Below are positions 27,074-37,586 of a DNA stretch of 58,856 bases, one piece after another (the first letter of the stretch is position 1; the number at the start of each line of letters is the position of its first letter). The notes under the pieces are model-generated. The model ran no database searches, was not told the origin of the DNA, and saw only the letters and a program-made list of their open reading frames with translations. The translations under genes were made by a program, and so were the position numbers. Source of the DNA: a virus (taxonomy: Duplodnaviria; Caudoviricetes); IMG/VR virus record IMGVR_UViG_3300033183_000442, positions 1 through 58,856 of that record. One strand, given 5' to 3'.

Positions 27074-29194
27074 ATGTCCCTAATGGAACCCCCTAACGGC
27101 GTATCCCCAGATGACGCAACTGAAACAGATGCAGTTGTCGCTCTGGATGAAGATGGAAACGTCGAAGAGGAAAACATCCAATATTCCGGTATTGCAGCGT
27201 TTATTCAATCGCAATTCCGCCGTTCGAAAGACCGCCGTTTAGCGGATGAAGACCGCTGGCTGATGGGCTATCGGAACTACCGAGGTATATACGGCCCTGA
27301 AGTTCAGTTCACCGATAGTGAAAAATCCAAAGCCTTCGTCAAAATCACAAAGACAAAAGTTTTGGCGGCATACGCACAGGTCGTCGATGTTTTGTTTGCT
27401 GGCAGTAAATTCCCCCTTGGGATCGAGCCTCGATATCGTCCAGCAGGCGTTTCAGATGCGGTTAACTTTGACCCTAACGAGGTCACTGAGGAGAAGGTCC
27501 AAGAAACCACTGGGTTATCCTACAAACCACCTCGCTCAGTCACCCGTCCAGAACTGGAAAAACTAGGAGTTTATGAAAACATCCTAAAGCCAGTCGAAGG
27601 TGAACTTGCAGAAGGGCCTGGCAAAACTCCAACAGCAATTACATTCGAGCCAGCCAAAAAGGCGGCAATGCTGATGGAACGCAACATGCATGACCAGCTC
27701 ACCGAGAGCGATGGATCAAACCACCTACGTTCAGTTGCGTTTGAGGCATGTTTGTTTGGCACAGGTATCCTGAAAGGCCCCTTTGCTTTCGATAAGGAGT
27801 ATCCGAGCTGGGATGATGAGGGGAACTACGCCCCAGAGTACAAAACAATCCCTAAAGTGGAGTTTGTGTCGATATGGGATTTCTATCCTGATCCCGATGC
27901 TCGAAACATGTCCGAAGCAGAATTTACGGTACAGCGTCACCGCTTAAACCGTAGCCAGATGCGGGCATTGAAGAGGCGCCCACACTTTCGAGATGAAAGC
28001 ATCGAGCTGGCAATAGATTATGGCCCTGACTACCAGCGCCAGTATTGGGAAGATGCCTTGGAAGACGATGCATCTACCGATGCGATTGATCGCTACGAGG
28101 TGTTGGAATATTGGGGCATTCTAGATGCTGAGTTGGCTGAAGAAGCTGATATCGATCTGCCTCCAGAATTTGAAGATCGGGACGAAGTACAGGTTAACGC
28201 TTGGGTTTGTAACGGACAAATCATTCGATTGGTTATCAACCCATTCACACCAACCCGCATCCCATACTCCGCAGTTCCATACGAACTAAACCCATACTCA
28301 TTCTTTGGCATTGGTGTCGCCGAAAATATGGAAGACACTCAGCTCCTGATGAATGGTTTCATGCGAATGGCAGTCGATAATGGTGCGCTGTCCGGAAACT
28401 TGCTCATTGAAGTAGATGAGACCAACTTGGTGCCTGGGCAGGATTTATCTGTGTACCCCGGCAAGGTCTTTCGTCGTCAGCAGGGGGCACCAGGCCAGAG
28501 TATCTTCGGCACCAAGTGGCCGAACGTTTCCAACGAACTTCTCATGATGTTCGACAAAGCCCGCCAGCTCGCAGATGAAAGCACAGGCATTCCATCCTAT
28601 GCGCATGGTATCGGCGGTGTGATGGGTGTAGGGCGCACAGCATCGGGTATGTCGATGCTCATGGGGGCAGCCGCACAGAACATCAAAACAGTTGTTCGCA
28701 ACATTGATGACTATCTTCTGCGTCCGCTCGGCAAAGCCCTCTATGCGTTCAACATGCAGTTCAATTTCAGTGAAGATTACGCAAAGGGCGATCTAGATGT
28801 GTTTGCCCGAGGCACTGAAAGCCTCATGCGCAACGAAATCCGCTCACAGCGCCTACTACAGTTCATGCAGATGTCCGCAAATCCAGCAATGGCGCCATTC
28901 ATCAAGTATGATTACATCCTGCGGGAAATGGCGGCGTCATTGGATTTAGATGAAGATAAAATCTTGAATGATCCAAGGGAGGCCATGCTGCAAGCCAAGA
29001 TGATGCAAGAGATTGCTCAAATGATGCCACAGCAGCCTCAAGCAGCCCCACAGGGCGGTGTTCCAAGCGTCAATGATCCGACAGGCTCAGGCGGTGGTAA
29101 CATCGGTCCGGGCAACGCTCCAGAACCGGGTGCGCCAGGATTTACTGGTGAGGGTGGCGGTGACAACGGTGGTCAGCAAGGTCCCGTTCAGTAG
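27074..29194 (+). CDS. portal protein
   Basis: follows terL; GTGILKGP, DFYPDP, RTASGMSML; size. Confidence 0.9.
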   Translation: MSLMEPPNGVSPDDATETDAVVALDEDGNVEEENIQYSGIAAFIQSQFRRSKDRRLADEDRWLMGYRNYRGIYGPEVQFTDSEKSKAFVKITKTKVLAAYAQVVDVLFAGSKFPLGIEPRYRPAGVSDAVNFDPNEVTEEKVQETTGLSYKPPRSVTRPELEKLGVYENILKPVEGELAEGPGKTPTAITFEPAKKAAMLMERNMHDQLTESDGSNHLRSVAFEACLFGTGILKGPFAFDKEYPSWDDEGNYAPEYKTIPKVEFVSIWDFYPDPDARNMSEAEFTVQRHRLNRSQMRALKRRPHFRDESIELAIDYGPDYQRQYWEDALEDDASTDAIDRYEVLEYWGILDAELAEEADIDLPPEFEDRDEVQVNAWVCNGQIIRLVINPFTPTRIPYSAVPYELNPYSFFGIGVAENMEDTQLLMNGFMRMAVDNGALSGNLLIEVDETNLVPGQDLSVYPGKVFRRQQGAPGQSIFGTKWPNVSNELLMMFDKARQLADESTGIPSYAHGIGGVMGVGRTASGMSMLMGAAAQNIKTVVRNIDDYLLRPLGKALYAFNMQFNFSEDYAKGDLDVFARGTESLMRNEIRSQRLLQFMQMSANPAMAPFIKYDYILREMAASLDLDEDKILNDPREAMLQAKMMQEIAQMMPQQPQAAPQGGVPSVNDPTGSGGGNIGPGNAPEPGAPGFTGEGGGDNGGQQGPVQ

Positions 29195-29201
29195 AAACAA
29201 C

Positions 29202-29750
29202 TTACTCAAACGGTTCTACATACATCTCACCATTGTGCGAAAGTGGGTCCCAGACTATTTCCTGTTCTTGACGCTCATTTGTGGCGAAGAAGACCTGCGA
29301 TTTTTCGATGATGGTTGAATGTATTTGTGGATTACTAAGCTTGATGCCTCGATGACCTTTGGCAAATCCCACTGCCACCTGCTTATCCAGTGTCCAAGAT
29401 AATCCATGCCAGCCGAAGATTTCACAGCCTCGATAAACCTTAAAAGCCCAAGGTAACGAATTAAACCATTTGGCTTCGCTACTTTTCACTACACTATCAG
29501 AGTTTTTGTGATGTGCATTGAATAGCTTTTTAAAATCGTTCGTTAAGTCTGAAAAATTATCACAGCCTGTCCAGTTTTGATGGACCAGTTTTACAAAGTC
29601 ATACCCTGCATCTGCTTTTGCCAGTTTTATAATGACTTTAGCTACATCTTCACTGCCTAACCCTGGACCTATGAGTGTGTAGTCATCCTGCAAATAGCGG
29701 TCAGCCAATTCTGCAGCATCAAATTCATCAACATTTAGAGCACTAAACAT
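29202..29750 (-). CDS. putative R-S-E type ADP-ribosyltransferase-fold protein
   Basis: VYRG...LSWT...A..FA...EQEIV; antisense insertion. Confidence 0.55.
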   Translation of the reverse strand: MFSALNVDEFDAAELADRYLQDDYTLIGPGLGSEDVAKVIIKLAKADAGYDFVKLVHQNWTGCDNFSDLTNDFKKLFNAHHKNSDSVVKSSEAKWFNSLPWAFKVYRGCEIFGWHGLSWTLDKQVAVGFAKGHRGIKLSNPQIHSTIIEKSQVFFATNERQEQEIVWDPLSHNGEMYVEPFE

Positions 29751-29758
29751 AGGGCCTC

Positions 29759-29974
29759 ATGGACAAACAGTTCTATCGAACACTTCTAATTCTAGTGAAT
29801 GATAAAGACGTAATGGACAAAGTCCACAGCTACGTCACAGCCCGAGTTGAGGTTCTTCGCAACCAGCTCGAAATCACCCAAGATATCCAACAAATTTGCG
29901 CAATCCAAGGTGCAATTCGAGAGCTAAGACGCCTGGAAACACTGCGGGATGAAGTAATCAAAGGAGCCGAATAA
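29759..29974 (+). CDS. hypothetical head-module protein
   Basis: QG.I..LRRL..LRDEV motif; coupled to the next gene. Confidence 0.7.
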   Translation: MDKQFYRTLLILVNDKDVMDKVHSYVTARVEVLRNQLEITQDIQQICAIQGAIRELRRLETLRDEVIKGAE

Positions 29975-30609
29975 TGGCGACGAAAAAAGAAGCCCGTAAG
30001 GGCATCAGAACTCAAGAAGGCGAAGAGATGGCCGAGAAGCGTTTTCAGCTTAATGAAGACGATGCGGATCTGAACAACGATGGCCGCTTGAGCAGTTACG
30101 AACGTCAACGAGGCGAAGCAATACAAAAGGCAATGGATGATGAGGAATTGGATGACGCCCCTGGCATGTATCATGGTGGGATCGCTTGCGGGTTGGATGC
30201 TGGCATCATGGCTGACGAATATTCAGGCAACCCTGTGCCGCCTGGATCAGGACCAGAAAACGTTCGAGACGATATCGAAATAATGGTTTCAGACGGTGAG
30301 TATATACTCCCTGCCGATGTCGTTAAGTGGCATGGCCTGAAGCACATTATGATGATGCAGGATGAAGCAAAAATGGGCCTGATGGGCATGTACGACATGG
30401 GCCTTATTCAATACGTCGAGGAGGAATCCTACGACGATGAGGAACCTACAGAAACACCTGAAGGCAATGAGGTCGAAGTGGCCGAGGTCGAGGTGGAGAT
30501 TGAGGAACCTGAAGTCCGAGAAACGGACGAATACATCGAGTCAGATTACGGAACAAAAACATCGATGTTTGGCATGGTGAAGAAGCCCAAAGTGGCCTTC
30601 ATTGTGTGA
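29974..30609 (+). CDS. acidic head-module protein
   Basis: RDDI...SDGEY..PADVV..HG motif. Confidence 0.75.
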   Translation: MATKKEARKGIRTQEGEEMAEKRFQLNEDDADLNNDGRLSSYERQRGEAIQKAMDDEELDDAPGMYHGGIACGLDAGIMADEYSGNPVPPGSGPENVRDDIEIMVSDGEYILPADVVKWHGLKHIMMMQDEAKMGLMGMYDMGLIQYVEEESYDDEEPTETPEGNEVEVAEVEVEIEEPEVRETDEYIESDYGTKTSMFGMVKKPKVAFIV

Positions 30610-30651
30610 TTTTAGCTGGGCTACCCGTATTTCGGCCCCCAAGGAACCAAC

Positions 30652-31428
30652 ATGGCAAAATATAAACGAGCAGAAGAGTTAGACGACGATCTATCTTACA
30701 GCCAAGAAGTGGCGAAACAGCAGGAACCCGCAGAGCCTGAAGTAGAAAATGCGGAAGAGGCATCCTTCAAAAAGCGATATGGTGACCTACGCCGACATTC
30801 GCAAAACTTGATGTCACAAAAAGACAAAGAGATTGAGCAACTGAAGCAACAGCTTGATAGCGCAGCTAAAGGGCAAATACGTTTCCCAAAGACTGATGAA
30901 GAAATCGAGCAGTGGAGCGCAAAGTATCCGGACGTTGCCAAAATCGTTGATACAATCGCCCGCAAACGAGCCAATGAGGCACTGGAGGAGGGGGAAAGGC
31001 GTCTAGGTCACCTCAAGGACCTAGAAACTAAACTCTCTCGCAAAGAAGCTGAACAGCAGCTCTACAAACTTCACCCTGACTTTGGTGAGATTAGGCAAGA
31101 CCCTACGTTCCATGAATGGGTGCAGATGCAGCCTGCATATATCCAGGACGCACTATATAAAAATAACACAGACGCTCATGCAGCCTCTCGGGCTTTGGAC
31201 CTTTATAAAGCTGATACGGGACGTCGAAAAACAACCAATAAAAAGTCAGCGGCAACTGCTGTAGGGCGCACATCTAGTTCAACTCCTGGCGTTGAAGGCA
31301 AAGCAAAGTTTAGCGAAAGCCAAGTCGCAAAAATGAGTGACCGAGATTACGAGAAAAACGAAGAAGCAATAATGGAGGCTATGCGCTCAGGCGCATTTGT
31401 CTATGACCTCTCTGGGGCGGCCCGATAA
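30652..31428 (+). CDS. capsid scaffolding protein
   Basis: FKKRYGDLRRH; coiled coil; precedes the capsid gene. Confidence 0.75.
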   Translation: MAKYKRAEELDDDLSYSQEVAKQQEPAEPEVENAEEASFKKRYGDLRRHSQNLMSQKDKEIEQLKQQLDSAAKGQIRFPKTDEEIEQWSAKYPDVAKIVDTIARKRANEALEEGERRLGHLKDLETKLSRKEAEQQLYKLHPDFGEIRQDPTFHEWVQMQPAYIQDALYKNNTDAHAASRALDLYKADTGRRKTTNKKSAATAVGRTSSSTPGVEGKAKFSESQVAKMSDRDYEKNEEAIMEAMRSGAFVYDLSGAAR

Positions 31429-31484
31429 AAAATGCCCCGCACAAGGCGGGGCCAGTCCAACAGGGAGTGTGGCCGAAGCCACCG
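31427..31484 (-). ncRNA. candidate short sRNA
   Basis: 5' hairpin, unpaired CUCCCUGUUGG, GCCCCGC terminator + U-tract; TTGCCT at 31511-31516. Confidence 0.55.
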
Positions 31485-31526
31485 TCGGTATGTAGAATCC
31501 AGATTCTATAAGGCAAGTAAATTCCC

Positions 31527-31736
31527 AAAAAGAAAGGTCGGCCCAGATGACTACAAGAATTAGTGGCCGACCAGTTCAACTGACTCCGATAGGGAGGTTG
31601 GAGCCAGCGCCCTCACATTTCGTAGCAAGGTTACCGATGGGAGAGGAGTGACAACCTTACTCGGCGAAGAGCAAGCCCCGTCTAGTATGGGGATGATCAA
31701 GGAGGCTGCTCTTCTCAGATCACTTCGGATCTGTTG
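31527..31736 (-). ncRNA. candidate multi-hairpin sRNA with several anti-SD loops
   Basis: five stems; CCUCCUU, CUCCUCUCCCA, CCUCCCU segments; GGTCGGCC/GGCCGACC 3' stem + U-tract; TTGACA-N18-CATTGT. Confidence 0.6.
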
Positions 31737-32019
31737 CAGCAACAATGCCTTATTTAGCCCCTAACTGTCAAATTTAATCAACATATTGTGGTGAATTTTT
31801 GTGCAAACCGACTTGGTTTGTTCATGAGTTCACAAACTCACCTCATTCAGGGCCGCTTATGCCTACCCCTGAATGAACAAATATCCAGAAGACAAAGACG
31901 CAAAGTCCACCAGTGCCCAGAGGCCCGTATATACGGCGGTATATACGCACCCTCCATCAAGCACTGCCGCTCATGGGTCCTTCTGAGAATGCAACGCCAT
32001 TTTCACAAGGAGATCAACA

Positions 32020-33093
32020 ATGGCATTTGGAAGTGCATCGGGTTATTCAAACCTGCCCAATGGCAATTTTAGCCCAGTAATTTATTCAAAGAAGGTTCAA
32101 AAAGCCTTCCGCAAATCATCTGTTGTAGAAGATATTTCTGTGACGGATTACGCAAACGAAATCGCCAACATGGGCGATACCGTTCGCATCATCAAAGAAC
32201 CAGATATCACAATCAATTCTTACCTCCGAGGCACCACCTTGGCGACACAAGATTTGACTGATGCTGACTTCACAATGATCATTGACTCTGCAAACTATTT
32301 TCAGTTCGCATTGGACGATATCGAAGATGCCCACTCGCATGTAAACTTCATTGATCTTGCAACAGATCGAGCAGCTTACAAATTGCGAGATGCATTTGAC
32401 CAAGACATCTTGGGTTACGTCTCAGGGTATGAGCGTAACGCTGGTAACACTGCTTGGATCGCTCGTTCAGCTTCTGTTGGTACTAAACAAAACGCAGCAG
32501 CAGGCGCAGACGAACTTCTTGCAGCGAACAAGTTAGACATCACCGACTTCGGTGGTACGGCTGCATCAGGTACAACTGGTGCGACTGTGAGTGCCCTGAC
32601 ATCCATTCCAGTTGCTGCTGGTGGTGGTACAGGCGCCGTAACTTCACCGCTTGCAGTTCTAAACCGCATGGCTCGTCTCCTAGACGCACAAAACGTCGAT
32701 ACAGACGGGCGCTGGGTGGTCGTTGATCCTGTGTTCAAAGAAATCCTGATGGATGAGGACGCAAAGCTGATCAACGCTGACTTTGGTGGAGAAGGTGAAG
32801 TTCGTAACGGACGTATGCCTGGCACAATCCGAGGTTTCCGGGTCTACACATCAAACAACCTACCTTACTTCGGTACAGGTGCTGGCACATCTGCTTCAGC
32901 AGGTTCTCGTCAGAACTTTGGTGTGCTTGTTGCGGGTCATGACAGCTCATTGGCAGTTGCTGACCAAATCGCAAAGACGGAATCCTTCCGTTCACCAGAC
33001 ACATTCGCTGACATCGTACGAGGAATGCAATTGTACGGTAAGAAAATCCTTCGCAGCGAAGGCTTGGTTACAGCAAACTACAACTTGGCTTAA
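32020..33093 (+). CDS. major capsid protein
   Basis: NLPNGNFSPVIYSKKV, GDTVRIIKEP, RWVVVDP, FADIVRGMQLYG. Confidence 0.92.
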   Translation: MAFGSASGYSNLPNGNFSPVIYSKKVQKAFRKSSVVEDISVTDYANEIANMGDTVRIIKEPDITINSYLRGTTLATQDLTDADFTMIIDSANYFQFALDDIEDAHSHVNFIDLATDRAAYKLRDAFDQDILGYVSGYERNAGNTAWIARSASVGTKQNAAAGADELLAANKLDITDFGGTAASGTTGATVSALTSIPVAAGGGTGAVTSPLAVLNRMARLLDAQNVDTDGRWVVVDPVFKEILMDEDAKLINADFGGEGEVRNGRMPGTIRGFRVYTSNNLPYFGTGAGTSASAGSRQNFGVLVAGHDSSLAVADQIAKTESFRSPDTFADIVRGMQLYGKKILRSEGLVTANYNLA

Positions 33094-33103
33094 TCGCCAA
33101 TTC

Positions 33104-33125
33104 GGGGGCAGGGCAACTTGCCCCC
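33104..33125 (+). terminator. GC-rich stem-loop after the capsid gene
   Basis: GGGGGCAGG-GCAA-CTTGCCCCC; no immediate U-tract. Confidence 0.5.
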
Positions 33126-33147
33126 ACAGTCATTTTAAGGACCATCC

Positions 33148-33837
33148 ATGCCCAGCACATACATAAACCTTTGCAATATGGTGTTACGCCGTATCAATGA
33201 AGTGGAAATGACATCTGCTGAATTTGCGGGTGTGAGAGGCGTACAGGCACTCGTTAAGGATGCGGTACGAGCAGCGATTGCAAAGATCAATCAGGCTGAG
33301 TTTGAATGGCCCTTCAATGCAAGCGAACATACGCAAGTGCTTGAAGTGGGCAGGACCGAATATGATTGGCCTGACTATTTCAAAATCGCAGATTTTAACT
33401 CATTTCAAATCCAGAAGGATGACAGCTTAGGGGTAAGTTACAAAACGCTTTCGCCAATAGAGCGGGATGAGTGGTACGCTAAACATCGGGATACCGACTA
33501 CGATGCGGGATCAACGGGCAGGGCCGTTCCTGATTTCGTATTTCCGAGCCATGGAACAGGCTTTGGCGTAACGCCATCTCCTGACAAAGCATACAGCCTT
33601 CGGTTTCGGTATTACCTCAACTATGCGGATCTGACGGCACATGATGATGTCACCCGTATCCCAGAAAGTTTCGACACCGTCATCATCGATGGTGCGCTTT
33701 ATCACCTCTACATGTTCAAAGATAATATCGACGCAGCGAATGCAGCGTTTCAGGCGTTTACGCTTGGTCTGAAGGACCTCCAAACCCTCTATATCAATTC
33801 ATACGAATACGTTCGGGACACTAGGATCGCTTTCTAG
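33148..33837 (+). CDS. head-tail adaptor (tail tubular protein A-like)
   Basis: position after the capsid gene; N..L.RINE, EWPF, P.PDKAY. Confidence 0.75.
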   Translation: MPSTYINLCNMVLRRINEVEMTSAEFAGVRGVQALVKDAVRAAIAKINQAEFEWPFNASEHTQVLEVGRTEYDWPDYFKIADFNSFQIQKDDSLGVSYKTLSPIERDEWYAKHRDTDYDAGSTGRAVPDFVFPSHGTGFGVTPSPDKAYSLRFRYYLNYADLTAHDDVTRIPESFDTVIIDGALYHLYMFKDNIDAANAAFQAFTLGLKDLQTLYINSYEYVRDTRIAF

Positions 33838-35478
33838 ATGGCTGATGAAATTCAAAGTTTTAAACTTGTCTGTTCGGGCGGTTTAAACTCCAACCAAAAT
33901 CACTTGTACTTATCCGAGGCCGCAGCAGGTTCGGCAACTCGCTTAGTCAACTTTGAACCTAGTCTGTATGGTGGATACCGCCGTATGGAAGGTTTCAAAT
34001 TACTTGAAGAGTTGGATGTCACAGTAGGTGGCGCAAACGCTGAAGGGAAAGTCCTATGCGTTGCGATTTATAAGAACGAGCATATCGGTAATCCCTACAT
34101 CATTGCTGCCCGTAAAGATGTCGGAGCGAATACATACAAATTTTATAAGTTTGTTTCGCAGGTCGGCTGGCAGGCAATGACCAACAGTCTGACGCTGAAT
34201 ACCACAGATGGCGTTCGCACAGTCGATAAAATTCGTCATGTTCAGTGGGATTTTGGTGACGGTTCGCACATTGCATTTGCCGATGGCGTAAACAACGCAA
34301 TCATCTTTAATGGTACAAATTGGTATCAGCTCAACAGCTCAAATACAGGTGGTACCGCAAGTCCAGGTGGCGACCAGATCGTCAATGCACCAGCACTTGT
34401 AGACGTTTTTGAAAACCATTTGTTTCTGGGCGGCGATAGAGCATCTCGCTCTGTTCTTTGTCACTCGGCACCTGGTGATCCATTTGATTTTACAAATGCA
34501 GCAGGCGCTGGGCAGATTACTCCAGGCTTCAATATCGTTCAGTTTAAACCCTTTCGAGATGATCTCTTTGTCTTCGGCACCAACAGCATCAAAAAGGTAT
34601 CACCAGACATCACTGCAGGCTTTGTAACCGACCAAGTTACAACCAACGTTGGATGTATCGCCCGAGACAGCGTTCTTGAAATTGGTGGAGACCTAATGTT
34701 CTTGGCACCCGATGGTTTCCGTCCCGTTTCAGGCACAAGCCGGATCGGCGATGTTGAACTCGAAACGATCTCAAAACCAATCCAAGTCACCCTCGTTGAT
34801 ATGATCCGAGAATACGACATGGATACCATCAACGGGGTAGTTATCCGATCTAAATCCCAAGTGCGGTTTTTCGTAGGTGATGACAACGATAGTAACGTTA
34901 CAAGTTCCTATGGCATTATCGGCGGTCTAGCGAACCAAGATGGTTCAATCGGCTGGGAGTTTGGAGAGCTGACGGGTATCCGAGCGTCCTGCACCACATC
35001 GGATTACATTGGACGAACTGAGTATGTTCTGCATGGAGATTACGATGGCAAAGTTTATCGGCAGGAGCAGGGGACAGACTTCAATGGCGAAGACATAATC
35101 GCCGTATACGCAACTCCATACTTGGATTTTGGTGATACCGAAGTGCGCAAAACAATGCGCAAGGTAAACACTTTCATTCGCTCGGAAGGCCCAGCGACAG
35201 TTTACCTTTCTATGAGCTACGACTGGGGCGATTACAACACTGCTCGGCCTAGCAGTTACAACCAAACATCAGCAGGTGGTCCGGTTGAATATGGTGGTCG
35301 CAATATCGACTACGGCGCAGCAAACGTCCTCTACGGCGGTAACTCCAAACCCATTATGACAACTGATGTTCAGGGATCTGGCTTCTCAGCCCGAGCCACA
35401 TTCGTATCCCTCGGCCAGTCAGAACCTTTTTCAATCCAAGGGCTGGTATTTGAATTCTCTATTTCAGGAAGGCGTTAA
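33838..35478 (+). CDS. tail nozzle (tail tubular protein B-like)
   Basis: beta-rich; GGLN start; position. Confidence 0.75.
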   Translation: MADEIQSFKLVCSGGLNSNQNHLYLSEAAAGSATRLVNFEPSLYGGYRRMEGFKLLEELDVTVGGANAEGKVLCVAIYKNEHIGNPYIIAARKDVGANTYKFYKFVSQVGWQAMTNSLTLNTTDGVRTVDKIRHVQWDFGDGSHIAFADGVNNAIIFNGTNWYQLNSSNTGGTASPGGDQIVNAPALVDVFENHLFLGGDRASRSVLCHSAPGDPFDFTNAAGAGQITPGFNIVQFKPFRDDLFVFGTNSIKKVSPDITAGFVTDQVTTNVGCIARDSVLEIGGDLMFLAPDGFRPVSGTSRIGDVELETISKPIQVTLVDMIREYDMDTINGVVIRSKSQVRFFVGDDNDSNVTSSYGIIGGLANQDGSIGWEFGELTGIRASCTTSDYIGRTEYVLHGDYDGKVYRQEQGTDFNGEDIIAVYATPYLDFGDTEVRKTMRKVNTFIRSEGPATVYLSMSYDWGDYNTARPSSYNQTSAGGPVEYGGRNIDYGAANVLYGGNSKPIMTTDVQGSGFSARATFVSLGQSEPFSIQGLVFEFSISGRR

Positions 35479-35481
35479 CGC

Positions 35482-37584
35482 ATGGCAGGATACACTCGAC
35501 AGTCTCGCCCCGATATTATCAACGGCGCTGAGATTACGGCACCACCACTCAACGCCGAATTTGACCAACTAGAAGATAGTTTTAGCACCACTGGCCACAC
35601 CCATGATGGTACGGCAGGCAATGCGCCAAAGATTAATCTGCAAACATCCGTAGACGGTTACTTACTTCCTGCGAATGGTGGGACAGGTGGTCAGAACAAT
35701 GTCACAGCGACAACCAATCCAACCGTAACGGATGACGTAAACGCAGGCTACGCACCAGGAAATATCTGGTACAACAGCACTACCGCTCGTTTCTTTATTT
35801 GCTCGGTGAATACTGCGTCAGCCGCTCAGTGGTTTGAGGTTGTCGGTGTTGCAAATAACCTGATCAGCCCTGAAACAACCAACACCGTAGACATTGGCTC
35901 AACAACCAACCGCTACAAAGACCTTTACCTGTCTGGCTCAGTCTCTGGTACAGCCAACGCCACTTTCGGTGGTACGCTAAACGTCACTGGTACAACCACA
36001 CTCACAGACGTTAACGCTACAGGTAATGCCACAGTAGGCGGCACTCTAGGCGTTACTGGCCTAACCACATTAGCCCAAGTTGATGCTAACTCTGGTACAA
36101 TCGACAATACCGTTATCGGCGGCAATACGGCTTCACCGATTACGGGTACGACGATCACTTCTACCAACGGCTTCACAGGCGATATTACAGGTGATGTCAC
36201 TGGTAACGTCACAGCGGCTACTGGTACTTCTAGCTTTGATAACATCAACGCTTCAGGCACTATCACAGGCAACGTCACTGGCAACATTACTGGTAACGTA
36301 ACCGCAGCCACAGGCACCTCTAGCTTTAACGATGTAACGATCTCAGGCACACTGAACATGGACGGTAATACTACCGCCACTATTCAGAACCTGACTGATC
36401 CAACCAACCCACAAGACGCAGCCACAAAGAACTATGTCGATACTGAGGTAGCAGCCCTAGTCGATGCAGCCCCTGCAGCCTTAGATACGTTGAACGAACT
36501 AGCTGCAGCTATCAACGACGATGCTAACTTTAGCACTACAATGACGAATGCATTGGCGGGTAAGGTTGCTGATACTGGCGACACCATGACAGGCAACTTG
36601 ATCATGTCTGGTGCAACGGTCACTGGCCTACCTCTACCTACAGCCAACACTGAGGCAGCATCCAAAGCCTACACTGACCAACAGGACGCTCTACAAGTAT
36701 CCCGCTCTGGCGATAGTATGTCAGGCCAATTGGCTATGGGGCTGAACAAGATCGTTAACTTGGGTACGCCAACTGCGAATACGGATGCGGCGACCAAAGT
36801 GTATGTAGATGGCATTCTAGGCTCTGCTACAGCGGCTTCTGCTTCGGCAGCGGCGGCAGCTACCTCTGAGGCAAATGCTGCAGTATCTGAAGCTAACGCA
36901 CTGGCCTCTGAGAACACTGCTAGAGATTGGGCAATCAAGACTAGCGGCACTGTCGATGGTACTAATTACAGTGCTAAATATTGGGCGACACAGGCAGACG
37001 TAGGAACTATTGCGACCAACATAGCGGATATAAATACAGTCGCCGCCGATATCGCCAATGTGTCCCTCACTGGAGGGTCAATTGCATCAGTCAATACTGT
37101 GGCGAATAATATCAATAATCTGAATGATTTCTTCGATACATACTTCGTTTCAGCTACCGCACCTACCGCCCCAACGTATGACGTTACAGAGGGTGACCTT
37201 TGGTTCGATACGACTGCGCAGGTGCTTAAAGTTCGCTCGACTAGCGGGTGGCAGAATGCGGGTTCCTCAGTCAACGGAACAGCGGAGCGTAAGGATTATG
37301 TCGTTGGTACGGCATCAGGAAGCTACGGCGGTACGTCCACCACAACCTTCCCCGCAATTTATGACACTGGGTACGTTGATGTGTACCTGAACGGGGTCAA
37401 ACTAGCCCCAACAGACTTTACCGCCACTGACGGTGCGAATGTGATCCTCGGCAGCGCAGCGGCAACGGGAGATACAGTCTCCATTGTATCCTTCGGAACC
37501 TTTGTAATTGCGGATCACTACAACCAAACACAGGTCGATGCACTCATTGAGGATGTCGAAGCACTAGCTCTAGCAGGAATTTAA
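35482..37584 (+). CDS. proximal tail fibre
   Basis: MAGYTRQ start; G..TG repeats, DAATK.YVD, LDTLNELAAA, VYLNGVKL. Confidence 0.85.
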   Translation: MAGYTRQSRPDIINGAEITAPPLNAEFDQLEDSFSTTGHTHDGTAGNAPKINLQTSVDGYLLPANGGTGGQNNVTATTNPTVTDDVNAGYAPGNIWYNSTTARFFICSVNTASAAQWFEVVGVANNLISPETTNTVDIGSTTNRYKDLYLSGSVSGTANATFGGTLNVTGTTTLTDVNATGNATVGGTLGVTGLTTLAQVDANSGTIDNTVIGGNTASPITGTTITSTNGFTGDITGDVTGNVTAATGTSSFDNINASGTITGNVTGNITGNVTAATGTSSFNDVTISGTLNMDGNTTATIQNLTDPTNPQDAATKNYVDTEVAALVDAAPAALDTLNELAAAINDDANFSTTMTNALAGKVADTGDTMTGNLIMSGATVTGLPLPTANTEAASKAYTDQQDALQVSRSGDSMSGQLAMGLNKIVNLGTPTANTDAATKVYVDGILGSATAASASAAAAATSEANAAVSEANALASENTARDWAIKTSGTVDGTNYSAKYWATQADVGTIATNIADINTVAADIANVSLTGGSIASVNTVANNINNLNDFFDTYFVSATAPTAPTYDVTEGDLWFDTTAQVLKVRSTSGWQNAGSSVNGTAERKDYVVGTASGSYGGTSTTTFPAIYDTGYVDVYLNGVKLAPTDFTATDGANVILGSAAATGDTVSIVSFGTFVIADHYNQTQVDALIEDVEALALAGI

Positions 37585-37586
37585 TC

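Noticed and set aside
24569-31890. GGAGACC (24569) and TATCCAG (31882) as extra targets of the 54.3-kb RNA
   Set aside because: 7-nt matches are expected by chance; not counted.
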